This document shows positions 1 through 11,600 of a stretch of DNA of 62,168 nt, in pieces; positions within the stretch are counted from its first letter, which is position 1; the number at the start of each line of letters is the position of its first letter. The notes under the pieces were generated by a model. The model made no database searches. It saw nothing but the letters and a program-made list of their open reading frames with translations, and was not told where the DNA came from. The stretch is from Vicugna vicugna (lineage: Eukaryota), in NCBI GenBank assembly GCA_013265495.1, contig MU058052.1:75706-137873 (forward strand), written 5' to 3'. Position numbers and translations under genes: made by a program.

Positions 1-605
1 TATTTTAAAGCTTTTTAAGAGCTGTCTCAGCCCGATTGCTATTCTGCTTTGACTTACTCTTCAATTATTCATTATCCACTGTTTTCAAACCTTTTTTCCT
101 CCCCTTTTTCAAAATTCGCTCTTTATCATATCTTTTTTTATCTGTTCTATTTTTATTACCTTTTTAATTTCTACTTTCTAAACAATTGTATATGTTTCTA
201 GTTTTAATTCCTTTTAAATTTGTCTCTTAAAGTAGTTATTATCATTTTTTTTAAATCCACCTGATTTCATTTTCTTTTCTTTTGGTTTTGGTCTCCTTTT
301 ATAGATTATAAATCGGTTTCAAATATCATTTTTGGATCTTTTTTCCTTTTTTTTTTTTTGTTTAAGGGTTTTTTAAAAAAGACATCTCAAGATGAATGCT
401 AGTCTGATGCAAATTGCGCTTCTATAATTGGTTATACACTGTTTTCAAACCTTTTTTTCTCCGTTCTTTTAAAATTCTCTTTCTCTCTCTCTCCTTTTTT
501 TATTTTTTAAGTTTTACTCCTACATAGGCATTAGATAAATAAATAAACTCTTTTAAGGACCACAATAGATAACTGATACTCCATAAGCCACAAGGCCAGA
601 GAGAG

Positions 606-1503
606 ATGAGCAAGATGAAGAAGCAGAGGAACCACTCCCAGTTAAAAGAACAAGAGAAATCCCCTGAAAGAACGATCAATGAAATAGACATTGATAGCCT
701 ACTAGATCAAGATTTCAAAAAAGGAGTGATCAAAGTATTGAAGGAACTAAAAGAGACAGTGTTTAGAGATATAAAATACGTCAAAAGTGAAATGGAAACT
801 ATAAAGAAGAGCCAAGTAGAATTGGTAAACTCATTTGCTGAGATGAGAACGGATCTAAAGGCTGTGCAAAGCAGACTAGATAATGCAGAGGAACGAATTA
901 GTGACCTAGAAGACAGGACAACAGAAAGCACCCCATCAGACAACTGCAAGATAAACAAAAACAAATGAAAGAAACATAAGGGACCTATGGGATAATATAA
1001 AGCGTGCCAATCTTTGCATAATAGGGGTCCCAGAAGGGGAAGAAAGAACAAAGGGGATTGAAAAGGTTTTTGAAGAAATCATGACTGAAAACTTCCCACT
1101 CTTAAAGAAGAAATCAGATATCCAAGTACAGGAAGCTCAGAGGGTCCCAAACAGGAAGAACCCAAACAGACCCACACCAAGACATATCATAATCAAGATG
1201 GCCAGAGTCAAGGATAAAGAAATGATCCTAAAGGCAGCAAGAGAAAAACAAAGTGAGTTACAAGGGAACCCCCATAAGGCTCTCAGCTGATTTTTCTACA
1301 CAAAACACTACAGGCCAGAAGGAAGTGGCAAGATATATTCAAAGTCCTGAATGAAAAAAAAGATGCAGCCTTGGATACGCTATCCAGCAAGGCTATCCTT
1401 TAGGATAGAAGGAGAGATAAAGAATTTCACAGACAAACAAAAACTAAAACAGTTTAGCAACCCTAAACCCATGCTAAAAGAAACATCGAAAGGTCTACTC
1501 TAA
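606..1503 (+). pseudogene. L1 ORF1p remnant (frameshifted)
   Basis: Fragments MSKMKKQRNHSQLKEQEKSPE...RLDNAEERISDLED (606-968) and ENFPLLKK...QEAQRVP...PTPRHIIIKM (1081-1290) are typical L1 ORF1p. The frame is broken; TAA at 1501-1503 is the likely original stop. Confidence 0.9.
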
Positions 1504-1871
1504 ATAGAAAAGAAGCAGGATGCTGCAGAAATGAGAAACTGATAACTGGAAAGGTGATAACTCATGAATTACAAATAAAGTAAACATGAAACTGTGAAAG
1601 AAGACATTTAAGTCATTAAGAGTGGGAGAGGGAAGCAAGAAAATATAGGTTTTTTTTCTTTTTTAATTTTTTTTTTCAATAGGATGCGTTCAAGATATAG
1701 TAATGGGCTGATAGACTTACAGAAAAGAGTAACCACAAGCTAAAAACTTACAAGGGAGTCACAAAAACTAAATAAAACCCATGATAATACAAAGGGAAAT
1801 TACCAAACCACAAAAGGAAGAAGAAAGGAACAAAGAGGAAATACCAAATCAACTGCAAAGATAAGTTCAAA

Positions 1872-4800
1872 ATGGCAATAAACACTCATCTATCATTAAT
1901 TACTGTAAATGTTAATGGACTAAATGCCCCAGTCAAAAGACAGAGTGGCAGACTGGATAATAAAGAAAGAACCTTCAATATGCTGCGTACAAGAGACCCA
2001 CTTCAGGGAGAAGGACACATATAGATTGAGAGTGAAAAGATGGAAAAGGATATTCCATGCAAATGGAAAAGCCAAAAAAGAAAAGCCAAAAGGTGTTCTA
2101 GTACTGATTTCAGACAAAATAGACTTTAAAACAAAGGCCATAGAGAAAGATAAAGGACATTTTATAATGATTAAAGGAGTGATACAAGATGAGGATATTA
2201 CACTTGTTAATATATATGCACCCAATATAGGAGCACGTAAGTACATAAAAAAATTACTAACAGAGATAAAGGGGAATATTGATGGGAATACAATCATAGT
2301 TGGAGATTTCAACACCACATTAACATCACTAGACAGATCTTCCAGACACAAAATAAATAAGGCAACAGAAAAATAATACAGTAGAAAAGTTAGATTTGGT
2401 GGATATTTTCAGAGCATTACACCCCCCAAGAATAGGATATACATTCTTTTCAAGTGCACATGGAACATTTTCTAGGATTGATCATGCACTTGGGCACAAA
2501 AGAAATGTCAACAATTTTAAGAAGATAGAAATTATCTCAAGCATCTTTATTAACCACAATGCTATGAAACTAGAAATCAACAACAGAAAAACAAAGGAGA
2601 AAAAAAGGAAAACATGGAGATTAAACAATATGCCATTAAATAACCAATGGGTCAATGAGGAAATCAAAGCTGAAATTAAAAAATACCTTGAGACAAATGA
2701 CAATGACAGCACAACCGCACAAAATTTATGGGACACAGCAAAAGCAGTGCTAAGAGGGAAGTTTATAGCGATACGGGCCTTCCTCAAAAAAGAACAGTCT
2801 CAAATAAACAATTTAACCCACTAGCTGAGAGAACTAGAAAAAGAAGACCAAAAAAACCCAAAAGGCAGCAGAAGGAAGGAAATTATAAAGATTAGGGAGG
2901 AAATAAATAAAATAGAGATTTAAAAGGCCATAGAAAAAAATCAATCAACCCAAAAGCTGGTTTTTTGAAAGAGTAAGTAAAGTCGACAAGCCTCTGGCCA
3001 AACTCACAAAGAAGAAAAAGGAGAGAGCACAAATTAGCAAAATAAGAAAGGAAAATGGAGAAATCACAACAAATAAAATAGAAATACAGAATATCATACG
3101 AGGATATTATGAAAAACTATATGGAACCAAACTGGATAACCCAGAGGAGATGGACAAGCTTCTGGAAACATACTGTCCACCAAGACTCAATCAACAAGCA
3201 ACTGACCACTTGAACAAACCGATCACTAGAAATGAAGTTGAAATAGCAATAAAAAACCTCCCTACAAATAAAAGTCCAGGACTGGACAGCTTGACCGGGG
3301 AATTCTACCAAACATACAAAGAAGAACTCATACCAGTTCTTCTCAAACTCTTCCAGACGATTGAAAAGGAGGGAATACTCCCAAACTCATTCTATGAAGC
3401 CACCATCACCCTGATACCAAAACCAGGCAAAGACACTACCAAAAAAGAGAATNNNNNNNNNNNNNNNNNNNNNNNNNNNNNNNNNNNNNNNNNNNNNNNN
3501 NNNNNNNNNNNNNNNNNNNNNNNNNNNNNNNNNNNNNNNNNNNNNNNNNNNNNNNNNNNNNNNNNNNNNNNNNNNNNNNNNNNNNNNNNNNNNNNNNNNN
3601 NNNNNNNNNNNNNNNNNNNNNNNNNNNNNNNNNNNNNNNNNNNNNNNNNNNNNNNNNNNNNNNNNNNNNNNNNGGTGAAAAACTCAAAAGCTTCCCACTA
3701 AAATCTGGGACAAGACAAGGCTGCCCACTATCACCACTTCTATTCAACAAAGTCTTGGAAGTCCTAGCCACAGCAATCAGGCAAGAGAGAGAAATAAAAG
3801 GGATCCAAATTGGAAAAGAAGAGGTAAAAGTTTCGCTATATGCCAATGACGTTACTATGTATAGAAAACCCTAAAAGGTCTACACAAAAACTACTAGAGC
3901 TGATCGAAGAATTCAGCAAGGTAGCAGATTGCAAGATTAACGTTCAAAAATCAGTTGCATTTCTTTACATTAACAATGAATCAACAGAAGGAGAAAGTAA
4001 AGAAACAATCCCCTTTAAAATAGCACCCAAAGTAATAAAATACCTAGGAATAAATCTAACCAAGGAGGTAAAAGAATTATACACAGAAAACTGTAAACCA
4101 TTGATGAAGGAAATTAAAGAAGACTTTAAAAAGTGGAAAGATATCCCATGCTCTTGGATTGGAAGAACCAATATTATTAAAAATGATCACACTGCCCAAG
4201 GCAATCTACAGATTTAATGGGATCCCTGTCAAATTACCCAAGACATATTTCACAGAACTAGAACAAATCATAATAAAATTTATATGGAACCATCAGAGAC
4301 CTAGAATTGCCAAAGCATTACTGAAGAGAAAGAGGCTGAAGGAATAACTCTCCCAGACTTCAGACAATACTATAGAGCTACAGTCATCAAGACAGCATGG
4401 TATTGGTAAAAAAAAAAAAAAAAAAACAGACATATAGACCAATGGAACCGAACAGAGAGCCCAGAAATGAACCCACAAACTTTTGGTCAACTAACCTTCC
4501 ACAACGGAGACAAGAATATACAATGGAATAAAGACAGTCTCTTTGGCAAATGGTGTTGGGAAAACTGGACAGCAGCATGTAAAGCAATGAAGCTGGAACA
4601 CTCCCTTACACCATACACAAAAATAAACTCAGAATGGATCAAAAACTTAAACATAAGACAAGATAGAATAAACCTCCTAGAAGGAAATATAGGCAAACAG
4701 TATCTGACATAGATCTCAAAAATGTTCTCCTAGGAACAGTCTACTCAAGCAATAGAAATAAAAACAAGAATAAACAAGTGGGACCTAATGAAACTTACAA

Positions 4801-5535
4801 GCTTCTGCACAGCAAAGGAAACCAGAAGTAAAACAAGATGACAACCTACAGAATGGGAGAACATTTTTGCAAATGAAACCGACAAAGTCTTGATCTCCAG
4901 AATAAATAAGCAGTTCATATGACTTAATAAGAAGCAACCAAACAACCCACTCCAAAAATGGGCAAAAGACCTAAACAAGCAATTCTCCAAGGAAGACATA
5001 CAAATGATCAATAGGCACATGAAAAAATGCTCAATATCACTATCAGAGAAGTGCAAATCAAAGCTACAATGAGGTATCACCTCACACCAGTCAGAATGGC
5101 CATCATTCAAAAATCCACAAATGACAAATGCTGGAGAGTGTGGAGAAAAGGGAACCCTCCTACACTGCTGGTGGGAATGCAGTTTGGTGCAGCCACTGTG
5201 GAAAACAGTATGGAGATTTCTCAAAAGACTAGGAATAGACTTACCGTATGACACAGGAATTCCGCTTCTGGGCATACATCCAGGATGTATTCAGGATGAC
5301 ACCTGCACCCCAATGTTCATAGCAGCACTATATGCAATAGTCAAGACATGGAAACAGCCTAAATGTCCATCAATGGATGACTGGATGATTTACCGTATGA
5401 CCCAGGAATCCCGCTTCTGGACATACATCCAGGATGTATTCAGGATGACACCTGCACCCCAATGTTCATAGCAGCACTATATACAATAGTCAAGACATGG
5501 AAACAGCCTAAATGTCCATCAATGGATGACTGGAT
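1872..5535 (+). pseudogene. L1 ORF2p remnant (endonuclease/reverse transcriptase), multiple frameshifts and stops
   Basis: ORF-track pieces 1924-2376, 2396-2824, 3150-3701, 3840-4217, 4467-4712, 5027-5251 and 5121-5471 all translate to L1 ORF2p. The RT catalytic (F/Y)ADD motif reads TAT GCC AAT GAC = YAND at 3839-3850. The 3' end of the ORF is lost in the N gap. Confidence 0.93.
3453..3673. other. Assembly gap (N run); other gaps at 5536-5660, 42625-42663, 56665-56677
   Basis: Runs of N seen directly. Confidence 1.
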
Positions 5536-6119
5536 NNNNNNNNNNNNNNNNNNNNNNNNNNNNNNNNNNNNNNNNNNNNNNNNNNNNNNNNNNNNNNNNN
5601 NNNNNNNNNNNNNNNNNNNNNNNNNNNNNNNNNNNNNNNNNNNNNNNNNNNNNNNNNNNNAAAAAAAAAAAACCATATAAAAAAAATAAAATGTGGAAAA
5701 AAAAAAAAAAAAAAAAAAACAAAAAGACAAAGCATAAATACTACACAGAAATAGACTCATAGACATAAAATACAAACTTGTGGTTGCCAAGGGGGCGGAG
5801 GGTGGGAAGGGATAGACGGGATTTCAAAATTGTAGAATAGATAAACAAGATAATACTGTACAGCACAGGGAAATATACACAAGATCTTATGGTAGCTCAC
5901 AGAGAAAAAAATGTGACAATGAATATATATGTGTTCATGTATAACTGAAAAACTGTGCTCTACACTGGAATTTGACACAACATTGTAAAATGATTATAAA
6001 TCAATAAAAAATTTTAAAAAATAAAAAGAATATTGTAAACTTTTAAAACATTAATAAACTCTAATTTTGAGCTTTCTAAAAAAAAAAGAAAAGAAAAGTA
6101 AAACAGGGTAATGAGTAAA

Positions 6120-6565
6120 GTGATCCTAACAGCAATGATGAGCGTTCCAGTTGCTCCATATCATTGCCAGAGCTACTTTGTATTGTTGTGTGTGTGTGTG
6201 TGTGTTTCATTTTAGCCTTTCCAGTAGGTATGTAGTGGAATCTTATTTATTTATTTTGCATGTTTTTTGTTGACTAGTGTTGAGCATCTATTCATATGTT
6301 TATTTGCCATCCATATTTCTTTGGCAAATTGTCTGTTGAAATTTTCTGCACATTTGAAAACATTGGGTTGATTTTCCTTTTTTTCTTTCAGTTGTTAAGG
6401 TCTTTATATGTTTGAGATATAAATAACTTTTCAGATAAGTGTTTTCCCCATCATGTCTTACTTTTGTGTTGTTTTCTCAGTGCTGTCTTTTGAAGAGCAG
6501 GTGTTTTTAATGTTTGTGAGCCCAGTTAGCAGTTTTGCTTTTGTGGCCTGTGCTCTTAGCTTCCT
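6120..6565 (-). mobile_element. Ancient L1 (L1M-type) ORF2 3' fragment containing a short (TG)n
   Basis: Degenerate antisense L1 motifs such as 'gttgagcatctattcatatgtttatttgccatccatatttcttt'. Confidence 0.7.
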
Positions 6566-6571
6566 GAGGTA

Positions 6572-8456
6572 CATGTTCTCTCAGCTCAGGAAGCTGGAAG
6601 CATGAACTCAATGTGTCGGCAGGGCCGTGCTTTCTCGGAGGGTTTAGGGGAACATCTTTTTAGCCTCTTCCTCTCTTTTGGTGGTTGCTGGCAGTCCTTG
6701 GCAGTACAGTTTAATTGGTTGACACAATTCAAATCAAAGCAGTCTGCTTTTCACCCCCCAAAACTCACGTCCTTACCATGTGCAGAATACATTCACTCTA
6801 TCTCAACATCCTCAAGAGGCTTGATCCCTTCCAGCATCAACTCTAAGTCTGATATCTCAACAAAACTTCTCAACTCAAAACGTCCCAAATCTTATCTTGT
6901 AAATCATCTAGATCAGGTATTTGTGAGACTCTGGGTATGGTCTATACTGGGGCAAGACTCATCTCCATTTGTTTGTCTTGAAACCTAGAAAACAACGGTC
7001 TTATAGGCATAAGATAGACATTCTTATTCCAAAAGGAAGAAAATAGAAGGGAAAAAAAAAGTCCCAGGTCCCAAGTGAGTCCACACAGCAGGGCCAGTTT
7101 CACAAGGTTTCAAGGCCTGAGCATGATCCTTTGGCTAGACCTGCCCTGTGGGCCCGTGGAGGCCCTGTTGACCTCTGAGCTGCCCTCAGTGAAGTCAGCC
7201 TAACTGACCTTGGCCTGCAGCAGCAGGTACACGCTGGGCAGCTTGTTTTCTGCTTGTAGAGTACAGAAAGCCTGACAGTCCCCCTTTGTTTCATTCTAGC
7301 TCTGCCCTCTTCTTTCCAGGCTAGCAGTGTTTCTGCTGGGAGGGCTGGCTGGATCCATGAGACATACACCTCATCTCTTTGGTGAAAGTTTGTCCAGCCA
7401 CACCGTTAGTCCTGTTTCCAGAGCATGATATCTTGGATAGGTTGGGAATTTTACAGATTGTCGAGTGTTGGCTCCTTTTTGCTTAATAATTTCTTCCTCA
7501 ATTTATCTCTTTTATCTTGCATTTTACTGTAAGCAACAAGGAGGAACCATGGTCACATCTTCCACATTTTGTTCAGGAAACTCTGCAGCTGAATAACCAA
7601 GCCATTACTTACATGTTTTACTTTCCACCCAGTAGCAAAACATAATTCAGCCAAGTTTCTGCCACTTTGTAACAAGGACCTCTTTTATTCCAGTGTCCAA
7701 AAATATGTTCATCATTTCCTTTTAAGCCCTCACCAGAAGAACCTTTAACGTTCATACTTCTAGCAACATTTTGTTCTTGATGATGTATGTATTCTCTAAG
7801 ACTGTGGATGCATTTTTTACAGTTCCCCTTTTTTGTTGCTGACCCCTCACCAAATTGCCTTTAACATTTGTATTTCTACCAACAGTCTTTTTAAGGCAAT
7901 CTAAGCTTTTTCTATCATGTGCTTCAAAACTCTTCCAGCTTCTACCATTACTTAATTCCAAACCCATTTCACATTTTTTTTTTGGTAATTATTGTAACAG
8001 CACCACACTTTTCTGGTATCAAAATGCGTATCAGTTTCCTAGCTTTGCCATAACAAAGTACTACAAACTAGATGGCTTAAAAGAAAGAGAAATGTTTTCT
8101 TTCACATTTCTAGAGGCAAAATTCTAAAATTAAGGTGTCAGCAAGCCCGTACTGTTTCTGAAGTCTCTGTGGAAGAGTCCTTCCTTGTGCCTTTCTCATT
8201 TTTAGTGGTTGCCAGTAATCCTTGGTGTTCCTTGGCTTATGGACATATGACTCCAATTTTTTCTTCTCTTATCACATGGATTTCTTCCTCTGTGTCTATG
8301 TCCACATTTCCCTTGCCTTATAAGGATACCAGTCATTGGGTTAGGAACTCATCTTCACTTTATTATACCTGCAAATACTCTATAAGTTCACATTCACAGG
8401 TACTGGGGCTTAGGACTTCAAAATATCTCTTTAGAGGACACAGTTTACCCATAACA
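6572..8456 (-). mobile_element. MaLR provirus: truncated 3' LTR (6572-~6741), internal sequence (~6742-8026), 5' LTR (~8027-8456), MLT1B-like
   Basis: 8027-8456 follows the reverse complement of the MLT1B LTR (gtatcagtttcctagctttgccataacaaagtactacaaact...gacacagtttacccataaca). It is preceded by a reverse PBS-like 'ttctggtatcaaaa'. A second, partial copy of the same LTR lies at 6572-6741. Confidence 0.85.
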
Positions 8457-8654
8457 ATCACACAGGAGAAAATCTAGGTGGCCTTGGTTTTGGCAATGAG
8501 TTTTTAGTTACAACATCAAAAGAAAGAAAAAAAATGTATAAATTGAACTTTATTAAAATTAAACACTTTTGTGAAAACTCCTGTTAAGAAAATAAAGACA
8601 AGTCATACACTGGGAGAAAATGCTTGCAAAACATCTACCTGATAAAGAACTTGT
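8457..8654 (+). mobile_element. Inverted piece of the old L1 ORF2 belonging to the adjacent antisense element
   Basis: Sense L1 ORF2 sequence 'ggagaaaatctaggtggccttggttttggcaatgag...ctgggagaaaatgcttgcaaaacatctacctgataaagaacttgt'. Confidence 0.8.
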
Positions 8655-11600
8655 CATAGAGTTGGAATCATACAGTGTATAGTCTTTTCAGATTGGCTTT
8701 TTTCCCTTAGCAACATTCACTTAAAGTTCCTCCATTTGTATTTCTGGCTAGATAGCTTATTTCTTTTTATCACTGAATAATAGTCCATTGTATGGATATT
8801 CCACAGTTTATCCATTCAACTACTGAAGTACATCCTAATTGCTTCCAGTGTTTGGTGACCATGAATAAACCAATATAAACATTTGGGTGCATATTTTTTG
8901 TGTGGACGTAAGTTTCAGATCAGTGGGGTGGCTCTCTAGGAGTGAAATTGCTGGATCATATCACAATACTGCTTAGCTTTGTAAGGATCTGCTAAAACAG
9001 TTTTCTAGAGTGACTGTACCATTTGTGTTCCCAGCACTGAATCCACATCCTTACTGGCATTTGATATTGTCACTTCTTTGAGTTTCAGCCATTCTGATTG
9101 TTACGTAGTAACATCTTATTGTTGTTTTAACTTGCAGTTTTCTAATGACACATGATGTTGAGCATCTTTCTATATACTTATTTGCCATCTGTACATATTC
9201 TTTGATGAGATGTCAGTTTAGCTCTTGGTTTTGAGTTGTTTTCATATTGTTGAGCTTTAAGAGTTCTTTTAAGCCACCCAGTTTGTGGTACTTTTGTTCT
9301 GGTAGCCATTGGGCACCAATATGGTTATCTCCTAGAGTTATTTATAGTTTTTTGTTTTGCATCTAGGCTTATGATCCATTTGGACTTAATTTTTGTGAAA
9401 GTGTAAGGTCTATGTTTAGATCTTTTTTTTTTTGCATATGGGTGTCCAGTTGTTTTAATACTGTTTGTCAAAAAGAATATTTTTTCTCCATTTAGTTGCT
9501 TTTGATCCTTTGTCAAAGATCAGTTGACTCTGTTTGCGTGGGTCTATGTCAGGCTCTCTGTTTTGTTTCATTTATCTATTTGTCTGTTCTTTTACCAGTA
9601 CCATGCTGTCTTGATTACTGTAGCTTTATTGTAAGTCTTGAAATTTTTAGTGTTGGTGTTCCGGCTTTATCCTTCTTCAGTATTTTGTTGGCCATTCTGG
9701 ATCCTTTGCCTTTCCATATACACTTTAGAGTGAGTTTGTTGATAACCACAGAATAATTTGCTGGGATTTTGATTGAGATTGCATTGACTATAAATCACAT
9801 TGGGAATAATCAAGAGCTTAGCAATATTGATTCTTTCTGTCCATGAACATGGAATATCTCTCTGTGTATTTAGATTTTTGATTTCTTTCATCTATTTTGT
9901 AGAGTTCCTCATATAAATCTTGTACATATTTTGTTAGATTTTTACATATGTATTTTATTTTGGAGGGGCACTAATGTAATGTTATTTATTTACGATTCCA
10001 GTTCATTGCTGATATACAGGACAGGAACTTACATCTGTGTATTGACTCCATGTCTTACAACCTTGCTATAATTGCTTATTAGTTCTAGGAGTTCTTTGTT
10101 GTTATTGTTGCCTCTTTGGGATTTTCTTCATAGACAGTCATGTTATCTGGGAAGAAAGCAGTTTTATTCCTTCCTTCCAAGTCTGTGTGTCTTTTCTTTC
10201 CTCCTCTTGTCTTGTTGCATTAGCTAGGACTTCTGACATGAACTCGAATAGGAGTGGTAAGAGAGCACATCCTTGCCTTGTTTCCCATCTTGGAGGAAAG
10301 CATCTAGTTCCTCCCCGTTCAGTGAATCACCTGTAAAGTTTTTAGTGGATGTTCTGTATCAAGGTGAAGAAGTTCCCCTCCTTGAGTCCTAGTTTTCTGA
10401 GAGTTCTTATAATGAATGAAATACGGATTTTGTCAGATTTTTTTCTGCATATGTTAATATGATGGTATGATTTTTCTTCTTTAGCTTGTTTTGTTGCATT
10501 ACATGAGTTGATTTTTGATTGTTGAACCAAACTTGCATAGCTGGCATAAGTTCCACTGGTCGTGGTGTATAATTCTTTTTATACTTTGTTGGGTTCAGTT
10601 TGCTAATACTTTCATTGAGGATTTATGTATCTGTATTCATGAATGGTGTTGGCCTGTGGCTTTTCTTTCTTCTAATGTTTTATCTGGTTTTGGTGTTAGG
10701 GCAATGCTGGCTCCATAGATGAGTTAGGAGGTGTTCCCTATGGCCTTATTTTCTGGAAGAGATTTGAGAGGATTTGTACAGTTTTTGCCTTAAATATTTG
10801 GTAAAATTCACTAGTTAAATCTTCTGGGTCTGGAATATTGGAAGAGTGTTAGTCATTAATTCAGTCTCTTTAATAGACATGGGCCTGTTCAGGAGACTTA
10901 CTTTTCCTTTCATGAGTATTGGTAGTTTCTGTTTTGTAAGGAGTTGGTCTCTTTAAGTTACCAAATTTGGAGGCGACATAATATTCCTTTATTATTCTTT
11001 TAATGCCTGTGGAATCAATAGTGATGGCCCCTCTTTCATGTCTGATATTAGTGATATCTAGTATCAGTAGTCAGTAATTTACTCACTTTTTTTCTTGGTT
11101 ATCCTGGCTATCAGGTTATCAATTTTATTTATCTTTACAAAGAACCTGCTTTTGGTTCATTGATTTTCTCTACTGATTTTCTGTTATTGTTTTCATTTAT
11201 TTCTGCTGTAATTTTATTATGTCTTTTCTTTACTTGCTTTCTTTAATTTCCGAAGGTGGAAGTTTAGTTGTTGATTTTATGTCCTTTTTTTTTCTAGTAT
11301 ATACGTTCAGTGCTATAAATTTCTTTCTAAGCACTGCTTTTGCTGCGTCTCTCAAAATTTTATAAGTTGCATTTTCATTTGCATTTAGTTCAAAATATTT
11401 TTTGATTTCCCTTGAGACTTCTTTGGCCTTTGTGTTAAACACATGTTGTTTAATCTTCAGCTGTCTTTCTGTTATTTGTTTCTAGTTTAATTTCACTGTG
11501 GTCTGAGAGCATATTTTGTATGATTTCTACTCTTTTAAATTTGTTAAAGTGTGTTTTTTATGGCCCCAAATGAGACCTGTTGTGAATGTTCCATGTAACC

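Larger units (their letters stand above)
1..6028 (+). mobile_element. Near-full-length young LINE-1 (camelid-type), inactivated; 5' end lies outside the window
   Basis: T-rich 5'UTR (1-605), ORF1 from ATG 606, ~370-bp spacer, ORF2 from ATG 1872 (endonuclease motifs 'CCVQETHF', 'VNIYAPN', 'IVGDFNT', 'SRIDH'; RT region; C-terminal 'TLLHCWWEC'). The 3'UTR ends ...TCAATAAAAAATTTTAAAAAATAAAAAG. It spans two N gaps. Confidence 0.97.

Noticed and set aside
2066..2091. Small tandem duplication gaaaagccaaaaaa/gaaaagccaaaa in the L1 endonuclease region
   Set aside because: This is an ordinary slippage mutation in a dead element.
606..5535. Active L1 or domesticated reverse transcriptase gene
   Set aside because: Both ORFs are broken by frameshifts and stops, and the RT catalytic motif reads YAND.
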